Made by a program: the position numbers and the translations under genes. Below are positions 1-12,734 of a stretch of DNA of 64,000 nucleotides, piece after piece. The DNA lies in the NCBI GenBank assembly GCA_964016885.1, contig OZ024745.1:60822001-60886000 (forward strand), in the 5' to 3' direction. The notes under the pieces are model-generated. The model saw only the letters and a list, made by a program, of their open reading frames with translations. It was not told where the DNA came from and ran no database searches. The stretch comes from Eledone cirrhosa (lineage: Eukaryota). How positions within the stretch are numbered: position 1 is the stretch's first letter; each line of letters begins with the position of its first letter.

Positions 1-21
1 ACGTCAATCCTGTTCATGTAA

Positions 22-183
22 ATAATTGATTCTACTTCTGGCACAAGGCCAGCAATTACCTAGTGCATTACTGGTACTTTATTTTATCGACCTCGTAAGA
101 ACGAAAGGCAAAGTTAACCTCGACGGTATTTGAACTCAGACCGTAAAGGGACGTAAGCATGCTGGAAAGCACGGCGTCCGACC
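22..183 (-). mobile_element. tRNA-derived SINE (family A), partial
   Basis: Reverse complement has a B-box-like GAGTTCAAATACC followed by the family body GAGGTTAACTTTGCCTTTC...GTCGATAAAATAAAGTACCAGT, which recurs many times in the window. Confidence 0.8.
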
Positions 184-229
184 CTATATATATATATGTA
201 TGTATGTGTATCTATATCTATCTATATAT

Positions 230-608
230 CCGGCGAACAACTGGTTCGCTTCTTCAAATATCTTTTTAGAAGAAGAATCAGAGTGGAGAGAGAGGTGCTG
301 CACCCCAGCAAATTTTACGAAAGGTGGGTGAATGTGGCAAGGATGGCTCGAGTGGTTGGGCCTTCTTTTTATATAAGCTTGTAGGTCGATGAAGAGAGGA
401 AAGGAGTGCTCGCTGTTCGTGCTCCTAGAGATGAGGGTTGTACATTTTTTTCGGGGTGTGTGCAACCCATTTGTAACGCCTCCCCACTATTGGGGATTTC
501 GTTTGTTTTATTCATTATTTTTGTTATACATTTTTACACGCCTTGTATGTAGGCTCCCCAATTGTATTTGTCCCCATCTTTTGCGCCCTTGTGGCAAATA
601 AAGAAATA
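230..608 (+). mobile_element. 3' end of a Tx1/L1-like non-LTR retrotransposon in (TA)n
   Basis: ORF tail FFKYLFRRRIRVEREVLHPSKFYERWVNVARM resembles Tx1-type ORF2 C-termini. It is followed by a T-rich UTR and AATAAA, with TA microsatellite on both sides. Confidence 0.5.
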
Positions 609-639
609 TATCTATATATATCTATATCTATATCTATAT

Positions 640-670
<31 letters not shown>

Positions 671-1042
671 CATACATATATACACATACTAATAATTATC
701 CTACTGATTGATAATATATTACTGAATTAAGCTTCCATAATTTTTATATTGTTTTTCTTAATATACTCTATTAATGCAGGAAATTGTTATTACTTCAATC
801 AATAAGTATATTTATGAGCTCTGATTATAATCCTATAATGTTATTGTAGAGTCTAATATACGTGAATTAGATGTTGTTTATCAAATAAATATTGGTTAGC
901 TACGTTATATTTTATCAGTAATAAATTTTAATTTGTACGTTTAATCTTCCGTAAAGTTTTAACTTCTGACTAACTGTAATTTAAACTTGTTTACATTTTC
1001 GAAATGGAGATGTCTGATATCGAAGCTAAATATTTATATTCT

Positions 1043-1125
1043 TTAACTCATTCTGAAGAAATCTGTACAGAGACGAATGAAGTAACATCTTGCCGTATTC
1101 ATAGAAACGTTCGTAAATCAATTAA
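1043..1125 (+). ncRNA. Degenerate type I hammerhead motif
   Basis: ATT-CTGAAGA...GAAACG-TT-CGTA-AAT. Stem I (TTAACTCATT/AATCAATTAA) is imperfect and stem II is poor. Confidence 0.4.
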
Positions 1126-1232
1126 ATAATTTAATGTAATTTAATCCCGGTTATTTTATTTTTTTTACGTATGCTCTGTGATATTGTAAAACTACTGTAA
1201 ACTAATTGGATTAAATTCTGAACTGTCATTTA

Positions 1233-1575
1233 CAGGGTCGGATTTAATGGGAAACAAAGGGGGAAATTGCCCCACTCCCTCCCCGCAGACTGGAGTGTGT
1301 GTGTGTGTGTGAGAGAGAGAGAGACACCAGCGACGGCTGTAGCAATTTATTTGTACCCTCAGCTGAGCCTTTTAGTTTTAGGAGGGTTAGAATTTTTAAA
1401 TTTAATACCCGTATGTATAACTTTTCAATTCCAATTACTTGCGTTAAGCTAACGTTGATATTTAAATTTGGAGGTGGGGGTGCTGGGGTGCTGGCTGTGT
1501 ATTTTATTTTTTGTGTATGAGGGGCCCCCACAAACCTGAAGTGCCCCGGGCCTCCAAGGTCTAAATCCAACCCTG
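1233..1575. mobile_element. hAT-type MITE
   Basis: TIRs CAGGGTCGGATTTA / TAAATCCAACCCTG; 8-bp TSD GTCATTTA / GTCATTAA. Confidence 0.8.
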
Positions 1576-1961
1576 GTCATTAACCTATTTTGCCGTGGAC
1601 TACAAAATCACATTTGAGCTTTGAATTATTCTTTGCTTTATATGGTTGTGTTATCAACTTGTCTAAACTAGAAAAGGTGGGCTTTAATTATTTCACTTAG
1701 TCACGAACGTCACGTTCTCTTTTGTCAGGGGTTGACATGAAAAATCACTGAACCCAACAGATAAATCAGGTGTGTAATGTTGTGACGGAGTGGCGAATTG
1801 GCAGAACCGTTAGAACATCTGATAGAATGCTTTCGGTTATTCGATTCGGTTCACTGCTCCCTGAGTTCCAATGCCGCCGAAGTTAACTTTGCCTTTAAGT
1901 TTTAAGTTTCATAAATAAAGTACCAACCCAGCACTGGTGTCGACTCTTCTTCTATATCTCT

Positions 1962-2131
1962 CAAACATGTCAACTCCCCTGGTCCGATGGGGATATCTCC
2001 CACCACCCACTTTGGGGTGGGTGAGAGATGTCTTCTCTTGTGAAAAATGGTTATAGTTTTCATTATGTAAAATCTCTTCATTTTGCCTCATTTCTCCCCG
2101 TTTTGGGGCACTTTAGAAGTTGGCAGGTCTG
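1962..2131. mobile_element. Short TIR element (CAGACCTG family), copy 1
   Basis: Ends CAAACATGTCAAC / GTTGGCAGGTCTG. Body is shared with 2858-3021, 8317-8502 and 45589-45763. Confidence 0.7.
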
Positions 2132-2269
2132 ACCATTTCCCCGCTTCCTTTCTACTACATATACTCTCTCTCCTTCTCTGAAAGAAATCGGAAGAGACGA
2201 TGGAGAGGGAATAGGTTCCGCTAGCTTTGAAAATTGCCCGAGTAATATTGTGAGCTAGAGTCACTACTG

Positions 2270-2342
<73 letters not shown>

Positions 2343-2857
2343 TGTGAGTGTATTTGTATGAGTGTGTGTGTTTGAGTATGTGTTTGTGTGTATGCATGTG
2401 TGAGTGTATTGGTGTGTGTGCGTGAGTGTATGAATGAATGTACGTGTGCGTGTTTGTGGGTGAGTGTATGTATGTATGTGTGTGCGTGTGTATGTAAATG
2501 AGTGTGTAAAGGAAATGACGTCATCATGCGTTAATGCTGATCCGTGTTTTCCGCTTGAATTCTTCAGATATCTTTTGTATAGAATTGTGTAGAACAAGAA
2601 AACTGGATGTGGCGGTGACATACCGTTATGTCAATATATGTCTGGGTCATATCTTAACTGGTTTTCTCGACAGCTCATTAATACCATGTATTGTTGTTGC
2701 TATCAGAAATTATCTATTGTTGTTTAACCGCAAGTTGACACTCTATTATCAAACCCATGATCAACGCCGTCCTGTGATGTTTCCTGTTGTTTGAGGCAGT
2801 GTGATGCAAATTGATCGTCATTTGACTATTATTTCTGCTATTTTCGGCGACCACAGA

Positions 2858-3021
2858 CAGACCTGTCAACACCCCCACCCCTCCCACTTTAGGGTGGGTG
2901 AGTGATGTCTTCTCTTGTGAAAATGGGTATAACTTTTATTATGTAAAATCTCTCCATTTTGGGGCACTTTCTTTTTTTTCATGGTAGTCTCCGTTTGTGT
3001 TTTTAGAGGTTGGTAGGTCTG
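2858..3021. mobile_element. Short TIR element (CAGACCTG family), copy 2
   Basis: TIRs CAGACCTGTCAAC / GTTGGTAGGTCTG. Confidence 0.75.
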
Positions 3022-3883
3022 ACATAGAGTTTCTTTCTTTGGCTCATCAGAAACCATATCAGTGCTGGAGGTGGCCGTTGTAGTATTTGGTATATTTTAG
3101 CTTTAGTTGGATCAATTGTGAAGACGTTGACAGAGGTAAAAGTAATGGTTGAGGGTAATGACGTTAGTGGTGATGGTGGTACTGGTGGTAGTATCAGTGA
3201 GATGATGTTGCCGTATTTTGGTGGTGGTTATTACTTGCCGAACAACGATAGATCACAAGGTGACAAAACCCTGGTCTCAAAGTTGCGAGATTTTTACAAG
3301 CGGCTTCCCTCAGTTCTTGTTGGATTTACCTAGTAGAAAATTGTTGTCCGTGAGGTCGAGCGAACAGGGAACTAATTTTGTCCATATAACACTTATAAAG
3401 ATGAAACAAAACAGACGATTAAACCATTACGAATTCATAATATTCGGGTGTAGTGGGTGGGGGGCGGGGGGGGGGGGTCAGTTGGAGTCACATTTCTGAG
3501 CCTGAGTAGATATTAGAAGTTAAGAATGAATGTGGTGTTTTGAGCAGATATTAGGTGTATACATACACACACATAAATATACTACTTTTTATTCTGTGTG
3601 TGTGTCTACTTTCTTTCGCCCCCTCTGTCATGTCAGTTAACTCTTCCTCACACTTCCACTCACTCACTCACTGTTTCTCCTCTCCTCACTTCACCCCGTT
3701 CGCAACGAAAGCAATTTCTCTCTTTCTCACATTGCATTCGTTCGCGAAAGGTCTTTTTTCTAAGCGCTCATATATTCACCTAGCTTATGCTAACAGAATA
3801 ACTATGAAGCTTGTTTCCTTCCTTCTACGGTTAGCTCTACTCTTTGTTGTTTTCCTGTCTCACTCGCTTTACGCGTTTTAATT

Positions 3884-3984
3884 GTCCTAATAACTTAATT
3901 TAGTTATTATTGCACCGACGTGAGGTATATGATTTTTAATGCAATGAAATATCTATGATCGTCGGCAAATCACTGATGAGGGAC
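3884..3984 (+). ncRNA. Rewired (non type I/II/III) hammerhead-like ribozyme, predicted cut after 3929
   Basis: GTCCT [AATAACT/AGTTATT hairpin] ATTGCA CCGACG TG AGGTAT A^ TGATTT TTAA TGCAAT GAA ATATCT ATGAT CGTCGG C AAATCA CTGATGA GGGAC. All core nucleotides and stems I-III are present in non-canonical order. Confidence 0.7.
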
Positions 3985-4398
3985 TTATTTTATTACATGT
4001 TATCCATGTGCTACCAGCAGTATTTTTCTCCCCATTTTATCACATATATTTACCTAAACTGCAATTCTGTTTTTTTCTCTCTCTCTCTCTCTTACTGCTC
4101 CCTCATTCTCTCTGTTTCTCCTACTTTCTTTCGCCCCCTCTGTCATGTCAGTTAACTCTTCCTCACACTTCCACTCACTCACTCACTGTTTCTCCTCTCC
4201 TCACTTCACCCCGTTCCCAACGAAAGCAATTTCTCTCTTTCTCACATTGCATTCGTTCGCGAAAGGTCTTTTTTCTAAGCGCTCATATATTCACCTAGCT
4301 TATGCTAACAGAATAACTATGAAGCTTGTTTCCTTCCTTCTACGGTTAGCTCTACTCTTTGTTGTTTTCCTGTCTCACTCGCTTTACGCGTTTTAATT

Positions 4399-4499
4399 GT
4401 CCTAATAACTTAATTTAGTTATTATTGCACCGACGTAAGGTATATGATTTTTAATGCAATGAAATATCTATGATCGTCGGCAAATCACTGATGAGGGAC
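4399..4499 (+). ncRNA. Rewired hammerhead-like ribozyme, second tandem copy, predicted cut after 4444
   Basis: Same as 3884-3984 except one change in an unpaired linker (TG to TA). Confidence 0.7.
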
Positions 4500-4549
4500 T
4501 TATTTTATTACATGTTATCCATGTGCTACCAGCAGTATTCCCCATTTTA

Positions 4550-4935
<386 letters not shown>

Positions 4936-4941
4936 ATATAC

Positions 4942-4991
<50 letters not shown>

Positions 4992-5001
4992 GTATATATA
5001 C

Positions 5002-5038
<37 letters not shown>

Positions 5039-5087
5039 CATATATATATACATATATATATATATATACATATATACATATAAATGC

Positions 5088-5198
<111 letters not shown>

Positions 5199-5249
5199 CA
5201 CATATATATATATATATACACATATATATATATACACATATATATATAC

Positions 5250-5310
<61 letters not shown>

Positions 5311-5357
5311 TATATACATATATATATATATACATATATATATATACATATATATAC

Positions 5358-5388
<31 letters not shown>

Positions 5389-5435
5389 CATATATATACA
5401 TATATATATACATATATATATATACATATATATAC

Positions 5436-5513
<78 letters not shown>

Positions 5514-5613
5514 ACATATATATATATATACATATATATATATACATACATATATATATATATACATATATATATACATACATATATATATATACATATA
5601 TATATATACATAC

Positions 5614-5662
<49 letters not shown>

Positions 5663-5754
5663 CATATATACGTTATTCCGGGTTGAATCGGAGGTAACCA
5701 CAGTAAGTAAGGTACTCAATACATAGCAGAGTATAACAGTTTTAATATAGATGA

Positions 5755-5803
5755 GATTCTACAGGACTAGAACTGTTTCATTCATTTGAAATCATCAGGA
5801 ATC
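5755..5803 (-). ncRNA. Type I hammerhead ribozyme
   Basis: Minus strand GATTC CTGATGA T-TTCA-AA-TGAA-T GAAACAG TTCTAGTC CTGTA^ GAATC. Confidence 0.8.
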
Positions 5804-5815
5804 AGGAATATATAC

Positions 5816-6088
<273 letters not shown>

Positions 6089-6399
6089 TACATATATATA
6101 TATATACGTAGGTCCCGGGTTGAGTCGGGGATAACCACAGTAAGTAAGGTACTCAATACATGGAAGAGTAAAATTTTTTTATTATTTTATAGAAGGAGCT
6201 TCTACAGGACTAGTACTGTTTCATTCAGATGAAATCTTCATATATACATATACATATATATATAAATATATATACATATATATACATATATATATATACA
6301 TATATATATAGATATATATACATATATATACATATATATATATATACATATATATACATATATATACATATATATATACATATATATGTATATATATGC

Positions 6400-6448
6400 G
6401 CTTCCTGAAGATTTCATCTGAATGAAACAGTACTAGTCCTGTAGAAGC
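6400..6448 (+). ncRNA. Type I hammerhead ribozyme
   Basis: GCTTC CTGAAGA T-TTCA-TC-TGAA-T GAAACAG TACTAGTC CTGTA^ GAAGC. Stem I covaries with the 5755 copy. Confidence 0.8.
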
Positions 6449-6514
6449 TCCTTCTATAAAATATATATATATATATATATATACATATATATATAAATAT
6501 ATATACATATATAC

Positions 6515-6583
<69 letters not shown>

Positions 6584-6720
6584 TATACATATATACATAT
6601 ACATATATATATACATATATATACATATATATATATACATATATATATATACATATATATATATATAGATATATATAGATATATATACATATATATATAC
6701 ATATATATACATATATATAC

Positions 6721-6755
<35 letters not shown>

Positions 6756-6989
6756 CAGACACATATAGATATATATACATATATGACATGACATTTTATT
6801 GTGACACGACGAGGTTGGTTAAACAATTCGAGAAAATTCAAAAACAAAGGAGGAAACATTATTCAATGTTACTACAACGTCAATTATGAGGGCAAGACAC
6901 ATTTGAGACAACCATCACAACAATAGCGCTTTTCACAATGACTGTCTTTTCTCTATTTAACTTAAATCCTTTTTGTAGGACATGGACAT

Positions 6990-7378
6990 TTCAGTGGATT
7001 GACAGTATCAGTAGAGGGTTGGACGCCATGCTTTCTAGCATAGTTACGTCCCTTTACAGTCTGAGTTCAAATCCCGCCGAGATTAACTTTGCCTTTCATT
7101 CTTACGGGGTCGATAAAATAAAGTACCAGTAATGTACTGGGTAATTGCTGGCCTTGTGCCTAAAGTAGAAACGATTATTTCTTTATGGTGGATTGACAGT
7201 ATCGGTAGAGGGCCGGACGCCATGCTTTGACGCAAAGAGTTACGGCCCTTTCCATTCTGAGTTCAAATCCCGCCGAGATTAACTTTGCCTTTCATCCTTA
7301 CGGGGTCGATAAAATAAAGTACCAGTAATGTACTGGGTAATTGCTGGCCTTGTGCCTAAAGTAGAAACAATTATTTCT
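6990..7378 (+). mobile_element. Two tandem family A SINEs
   Basis: Each has GTGGATTGACAGTATC, B box GAGTTCAAATCCC and the 3' end GGCCTTGTGCCTAAAGTAGAAAC. More copies lie at 7510-7850 (-), 17712-17890, 25130-25640 (-), 32328-32510, 32630-33230 (-) and 34495-34687 (-). Confidence 0.85.
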
Positions 7379-8316
7379 TTACAGTCTTTTATTTTTATAT
7401 TCTTTTTTTTTCGATTAAAGTAGCTCGATTATAAATCTGGAACGGATTTTTGTGGGAGGGGAGGTGGGCGCGGGGGGGGGGGGGGGGGGGCTGAAACTAC
7501 TTGCTAAGGAAATAATTATTTCTACTTTTGGAACAAGACCAGCAATTATCACAGTACATTACTGGTACTATATTTTATCGTAAATGCGTAACTCTATGCT
7601 GCAAAGCATGGCGTAGGACTCTCTACCGATACTGCCAATCCACCGCCCTTGTTTCTACATTTGGCACAAGGCCAGCAATTTGAAGGGAAGAGTGAAAGTC
7701 GATTAAATCAACCCCAGTGCATTACTGGTTCTTTATTTTATCGGCCCCGTAAGGATAAAGGCAAAGCTAGCCTGGGTAGGATTTGAACTCAGAACGTAAA
7801 GGGCCGTAAATATATGCCGCAAAGCATGTTGTTTAACGCTCAACCGATTACTACTTATTCACAAGACTTTTTCAGGGTGGTGGATTGGCAGAATTTGTAG
7901 ACCGTTGAATAAAATGCCACTGCAGCATTTGCTCTGGCTCTTTACGTTTTGAGTTTAAATCTTGCAGAGGTCAACGTTGACTTTCCTTCTCCTGGACTCG
8001 ATAAAACATTAACAGTCAAGTATTGGAATTGAGTCAATTGACCTTGCCCTTGCCACTAAAAAAAGCTGGCCTTGTCCCTAAATTAGAAGTCAATACTACA
8101 GTGGACCCAGTGTCTACTTTGTTTTACATTTTTCCTGGATCGATAAAATAATACACCATTGAAATACTGATGTTTATATAATCGTCAGAATACACCAGTG
8201 AAAGAAATCAATTATACACTGGTCATACTTTTCAGAGTAAGATCAAGTCAACAACAATATTATTTCGAATGAAATACTGTAAGAGATTTTGTTCCGCATT
8301 CACAGTATCTTTACTA

Positions 8317-8502
8317 CATACCTGTCGACCTCTAAAAACCCAAACGGAGAATACCGTGAAAAAAATGCCCCAAAACGGGGAGAAATGAGCTCAAATGGGG
8401 AGATTTTACATAATGAAAGCTATACCCATTATCACAAGAGAAGACATCTCTCACCCACTCCAAACTTGGTGGGAGATCTCCCCGTCCGAGTTGATAGGTC
8501 TG
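8317..8502. mobile_element. Short TIR element (CAGACCTG family), copy 3
   Basis: Ends CATACCTGTCGAC / GTTGATAGGTCTG, with TTACTA on both sides. Confidence 0.7.
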
Positions 8503-9477
8503 TTACTAGTAACTATTCCAAGTCGATCTAGCGAGGGAGACTGTACATGGATGATCTACCTGTTAGAAATAGAAGTCATATCTTAGAAAAGGACGTGTTG
8601 AATTATGTGGTGTTGGTTTTCTTGCATATAGGCAAAAAAATGGGATGATCATGGCTGGAATACCTTTGATTATTGGTCTGCTCTACCAAGACTAACTTGG
8701 GAATAAACAACAACAAAAACTACGTCATGATATTGGCGACATCTATGATCCATATCCGGGGTTTCAAACCGTTTAAAAGCATAAATTCGAGATGGGCAGA
8801 TTTCCTGATTGGCATTTTTAACAGTCATAAAGAGTCAGCTTACAAATCCTTATCAACTTTTTAAAATATTGCCCTCCTCCCCTTACACAAAAAGCTATAA
8901 TACACAGTAAACCCACGAAATGACGTATCACCCCTGCTTATTGCATGTAATTAGAGTTGACAAGTTATACATACATACAAATGTTAAGTGCAAAAAACTG
9001 ACCAGCATTACATAAACGTAATATGGAAATAGAGATACTTACATAAATACATAAACGTTAGATGGAAATATACATAATATATAAGCAATAGGTAAATGTT
9101 GAATGTCATATATAAATGCACTGACATTTTAGTGTCAAGGCTGCCACAAAGATTTTAGCTTAGGTCAAAACGTATCAAATCCACCATAATAAGGTTAAAC
9201 GTATCTATAAATACAAAACGTTACCTAAACTAAGTACAGTAAGTCATACCTACTTATAGTGATATGTATCACTACAATACCTACAAAGTTCTTTCTCTCT
9301 ACATCTGAAACAATCTTCAAACCACTCAGCAAACAGCACCATCTTCAGAACACTGCTCTCTACATCTTGTAGGCAGAAAACACTTCGTATTTTGTGGGTC
9401 ATCATGATTCTCACTTAAATCTTTATCAGTGATAATTTGGTGAATGATTTCACTAACTACAAAGCTCAAATCTTAAC

Positions 9478-9990
9478 TGGAGATGGCAAGCGTCCCGACG
9501 GAATCACCCTCTTCCTATTGGAAAGAGGTAGATCCCTCATCTGGGACGCCACCTGCTGTGACACGTTCTCCACCTCCAGCTTAGTCGCGTCGGCCACAAG
9601 CCCCTTGCATCGCGGCCCGCCTCGCAGAAGAACGGAAAATAAACAAATACCGGGGACTGTCCGGCCGTTTCCTCTTCGCACAGGTCGCCGTCGAGACCTC
9701 AGGCGTACTTGGACCCCGTACAGCCGACCTCCTCCGTAAGAGGAGAAAGCCCCGCGAGGTGGAGTGGCTGTTGCAGTAGGTTCCGTTGGCCATATCAGCG
9801 GGGTGCAGCCCTTCGCCTCTGTGCCCTAGGCCCAAAGCCCAATCATCCTCCCCTTCACCCCTCCCCTTTCTTCTGCGACACTAGAGTTCTTGCTATCCCA
9901 CCCCCTTCCCGTTTTTTCTTTCTTTTTCTCTTTTTTCCTATTTTCTTTCTCTTTTTTTTCCTTTTCTATTAAACTGTACTCACAAAATAT
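9478..9990 (+). mobile_element. 3' fragment of a CRE-like non-LTR retrotransposon (restriction-like endonuclease)
   Basis: GDGKRPDGITLF...GRSLIWDATCCDTF is a PD-(D/E)xK-type RLE motif. It is frameshifted and followed by a pyrimidine-rich UTR. A similar tail lies at about 31700-31830. Confidence 0.7.
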
Positions 9991-10825
9991 ATTCCATAAA
10001 TAAATTATTTCATTTTATAATAACTACATCAACACTTGGAAAGATATCACCAAGTTATTCAGCATGGGGAAACTGCCTGTTGAGATGGTCTGAGACATGA
10101 CCTGATTTGGGGAAAGGCTATAATAAAATTATGGCTTTGAACTTATACATTAATTCATAGGCTAACCTAGCTATACTACAGCCTTCTCCCTATTGCGCTT
10201 TACTGTGTCTCACCCCCCAGATCTCGTAACAACTACTCCATCTCGACTTTTCTCCTCAAAACTGCGACTATAGAACATTTCCCCCGTTCTGTTCTGTGTT
10301 TATTTTTTTTTTTTTTTTCTTCATTAGACATCGGTTTACAGCAGTAGTGTAGTTAGATTGTCGCCTCCCGGGGCATACAAACAGACACAGACACGTCCAT
10401 ATAGCGGGATTTGAACATAGAAAGCCGTAACTAAATACCGGAAAGTATTTTGTTCGATGATCCACTGATAATGCTAGTTCACTGGCCGGCCTTTTCAAAG
10501 GAAATATTTAGTCCGGCACCTGCTAAACGGACAATAAATACTAACAAACAAACAAATAAATAAATGAGTAAAATTACCAAACAAAAAGTACAAACATAAA
10601 AGAAGGTGGCTCCTCCTCGTAAAATGACATAGATGAAACAAATGAAAGAAAAGGATATGGTATTATTTGATAATGTCTATATAATATACACCCAGTTTGA
10701 TGACACATGTTTTACTAAAGTGTCTCATAACCTGTCTATTAATATAAGCCGCTTAACTTACCCCCCTCCCCTACACAGCACTATTACCTAGCCTACTTAT
10801 ATATATATATATATGTATATATATA

Positions 10826-10893
<68 letters not shown>

Positions 10894-10980
10894 TGGTTGT
10901 GTGTGTGTGTGAGAGAGAGAGTATATATATTTATATATTTATATACGTCTGAAACAAGTTAGAGAGTACACGAATGTATA

Positions 10981-11121
10981 CAGTGCCAGATTTAGGACAG
11001 ATGAGGCCCTGTGGTGCCTTGTGCTAGTTAAGTTATGAAGCCTCTTACTTGGGCCCTGAAATCATCGCAAACATTTTTTTGGCAAGAAGCACACCTGAGA
11101 ACAATGATAAATCCGGCACTG
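10981..11121. mobile_element. hAT-type MITE
   Basis: TIRs CAGTGCCAGATTTA / TAAATCCGGCACTG; 8-bp TSD AATGTATA / AGTGTATA. Confidence 0.8.
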
Positions 11122-11210
11122 AGTGTATATATATATATATATATATAATCTTCGGTTTGCTTTTATCCTTCTATGTTGTTTACTTGTCCCCCTCGCCTTA
11201 CGCGAATTCT

Positions 11211-11314
11211 GGTCCCAATAACTTGTTTTAGTTATTGCTCGCACCAACCTGAGGTATCTGATTTTTAATGCGATGAAATACCAATGATGGTTGGAAAATC
11301 ACTGACGAAGGACT
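11211..11314 (+). ncRNA. Rewired hammerhead-like ribozyme, diverged copy, predicted cut after 11258 (AUC)
   Basis: GGTCCC [AATAACT/AGTTATT] GC TCGCA CCAACC TG AGGTAT C^ TGATTT TTAA TGCGA T GAA ATACC AATGAT GGTTGG A AAATCA CTGACGA AGGACT. Compensatory changes relative to the 3884 copy. Confidence 0.7.
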
Positions 11315-11368
11315 ATTTTTATCATATGTAACCCATGTGCAAACCACGCAGTATTCTTCTTTCTTCTC

Positions 11369-11409
<41 letters not shown>

Positions 11410-11632
11410 GAAAAGTATAGAAATTATTGTAGCAAGAAGCCAACAGTATTCCATAATATATAAGTGACTATAGCGTCAAAATTGAAAAATAGTTAACGTA
11501 AGATGTGGATAAATAATTCAAACTCAATTCAAAAAGAATCAGGATATAGATTCATCCACAGAATTTGGTGAAATCCAGGGAAAAATCAATAGAGCCTTAA
11601 CTCAGAATAAAATAAAGTTTAAAATACCCATC

Positions 11633-11674
<42 letters not shown>

Positions 11675-11675
<1 letters not shown>

Positions 11676-11855
11676 AGTGAAATTCCGTTATAACGAAATT
11701 CCGTTATAACGAAATTCACGAGGTATAAAAAAAATTCGTTATAACGAAAAATTGTTTATAGTGAGATCGACAGAAACAAATCGAGTGTTTGTTTGTTATT
11801 ACCTCAGGGATTGAAAAAACTTATAATGGTATTCGTTATAACGGAATTTTACCTG
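11675..11855. mobile_element. Tc1/mariner (pogo/Tigger-like) MITE
   Basis: TIRs CAGTGAAATTCCGTTATAACGAA / TTCGTTATAACGGAATTTTACCTG, flanked by TA. A half copy lies near 28697-28750. Confidence 0.75.
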
Positions 11856-11950
11856 TATATATATATATATATAGCGTAAACCTCTTCAAATGAAGTTGAT
11901 GTTTATTACGGTATGTCGAATATATTTATCTATAAAACTGTTTATATTGT

Positions 11951-12014
11951 ATTTTGTCTGATGAAGGCATAGCATATTGTTAATATGATATCCCCGAAAT
12001 ATATATAATGAAAT
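11951..12014 (+). ncRNA. Minimal type I hammerhead in a PLE-like end
   Basis: ATTTTGT CTGATGA [decayed stem II] GAAAT ATAT ATA^ ATGAAAT. Same family as 62748-62810. Confidence 0.65.
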
Positions 12015-12310
12015 AGATATGGTTTTATAAATATAGTTTTCCATTTATTTAATATTGTAAATATACTCCAAATATTTGTCGAGTGCTTTTATATCAGTTA
12101 TAAATATTTACTAGTTGTAACCCAACAATTTTAAATATAACTTTACATGTATATATATATATATATATATAAATATGTACACGTACATACACATATGTAT
12201 ACAGACGTACAGTAGTATGTATATATATATACATACATGCACATTGGACTACTCAGCCGTTAATCTGCATAAGGTAAGTATATATGTTCAACAATCTGGC
12301 AGGAAGGTAT

Positions 12311-12353
12311 ACGTTGCTGACGATAGCTAATAAGCTTGAAACTAGTACAGCGT
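12311..12353 (+). ncRNA. Minimal type I hammerhead inside inverted repeat 12166-12563
   Basis: ACGTTG CTGACGA T-AGCT-AATA-AGCT-T GAAAC TA GTA^ CAGCGT, with palindromic ACTAGT in stem III. Confidence 0.8.
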
Positions 12354-12734
12354 TCCTTTGTCAGTGTTGAACAAACGAGCAACGATGGTTGCTGGACACT
12401 ACGGCTTAATACGGGATGTTTGTTTACAAACACACCGAGCATTATAATACATGTTCAGTGAATCAATACGTACATATATATGTGTGTGCATGTATGTATA
12501 TATATATATACATACTACTGTACGTCTGTATATATATGTGTATGTACGTGTACATACTTATATTTAAGTAACAGCCGTACTAAGAGTGGGAAATGAAATT
12601 TCGTTTCATTTTTTCCGTTTATATATATATATATATATACAAAAAGTTATGAAACGAAAGGAGCTGTGTGGTTACTAAAAACAAGGTTTACGATGGTGGT
12701 TAGGACGGAACAGGAGGAGAAAGGAAGAAAGGAG

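Noticed and set aside
2516-2523. TGACGTCA CRE sites here and at 27820-27827
   Set aside because: An 8-mer is expected about once per window of this size by chance, and there is no supporting context.
3030-3340. Possible coding exon in non-repetitive sequence
   Set aside because: Short frames with no recognisable motif, and stops in the alternative frames.
6990-7378. tRNA genes suggested by A and B boxes
   Set aside because: No cloverleaf; these are SINE heads joined to a repeated body.
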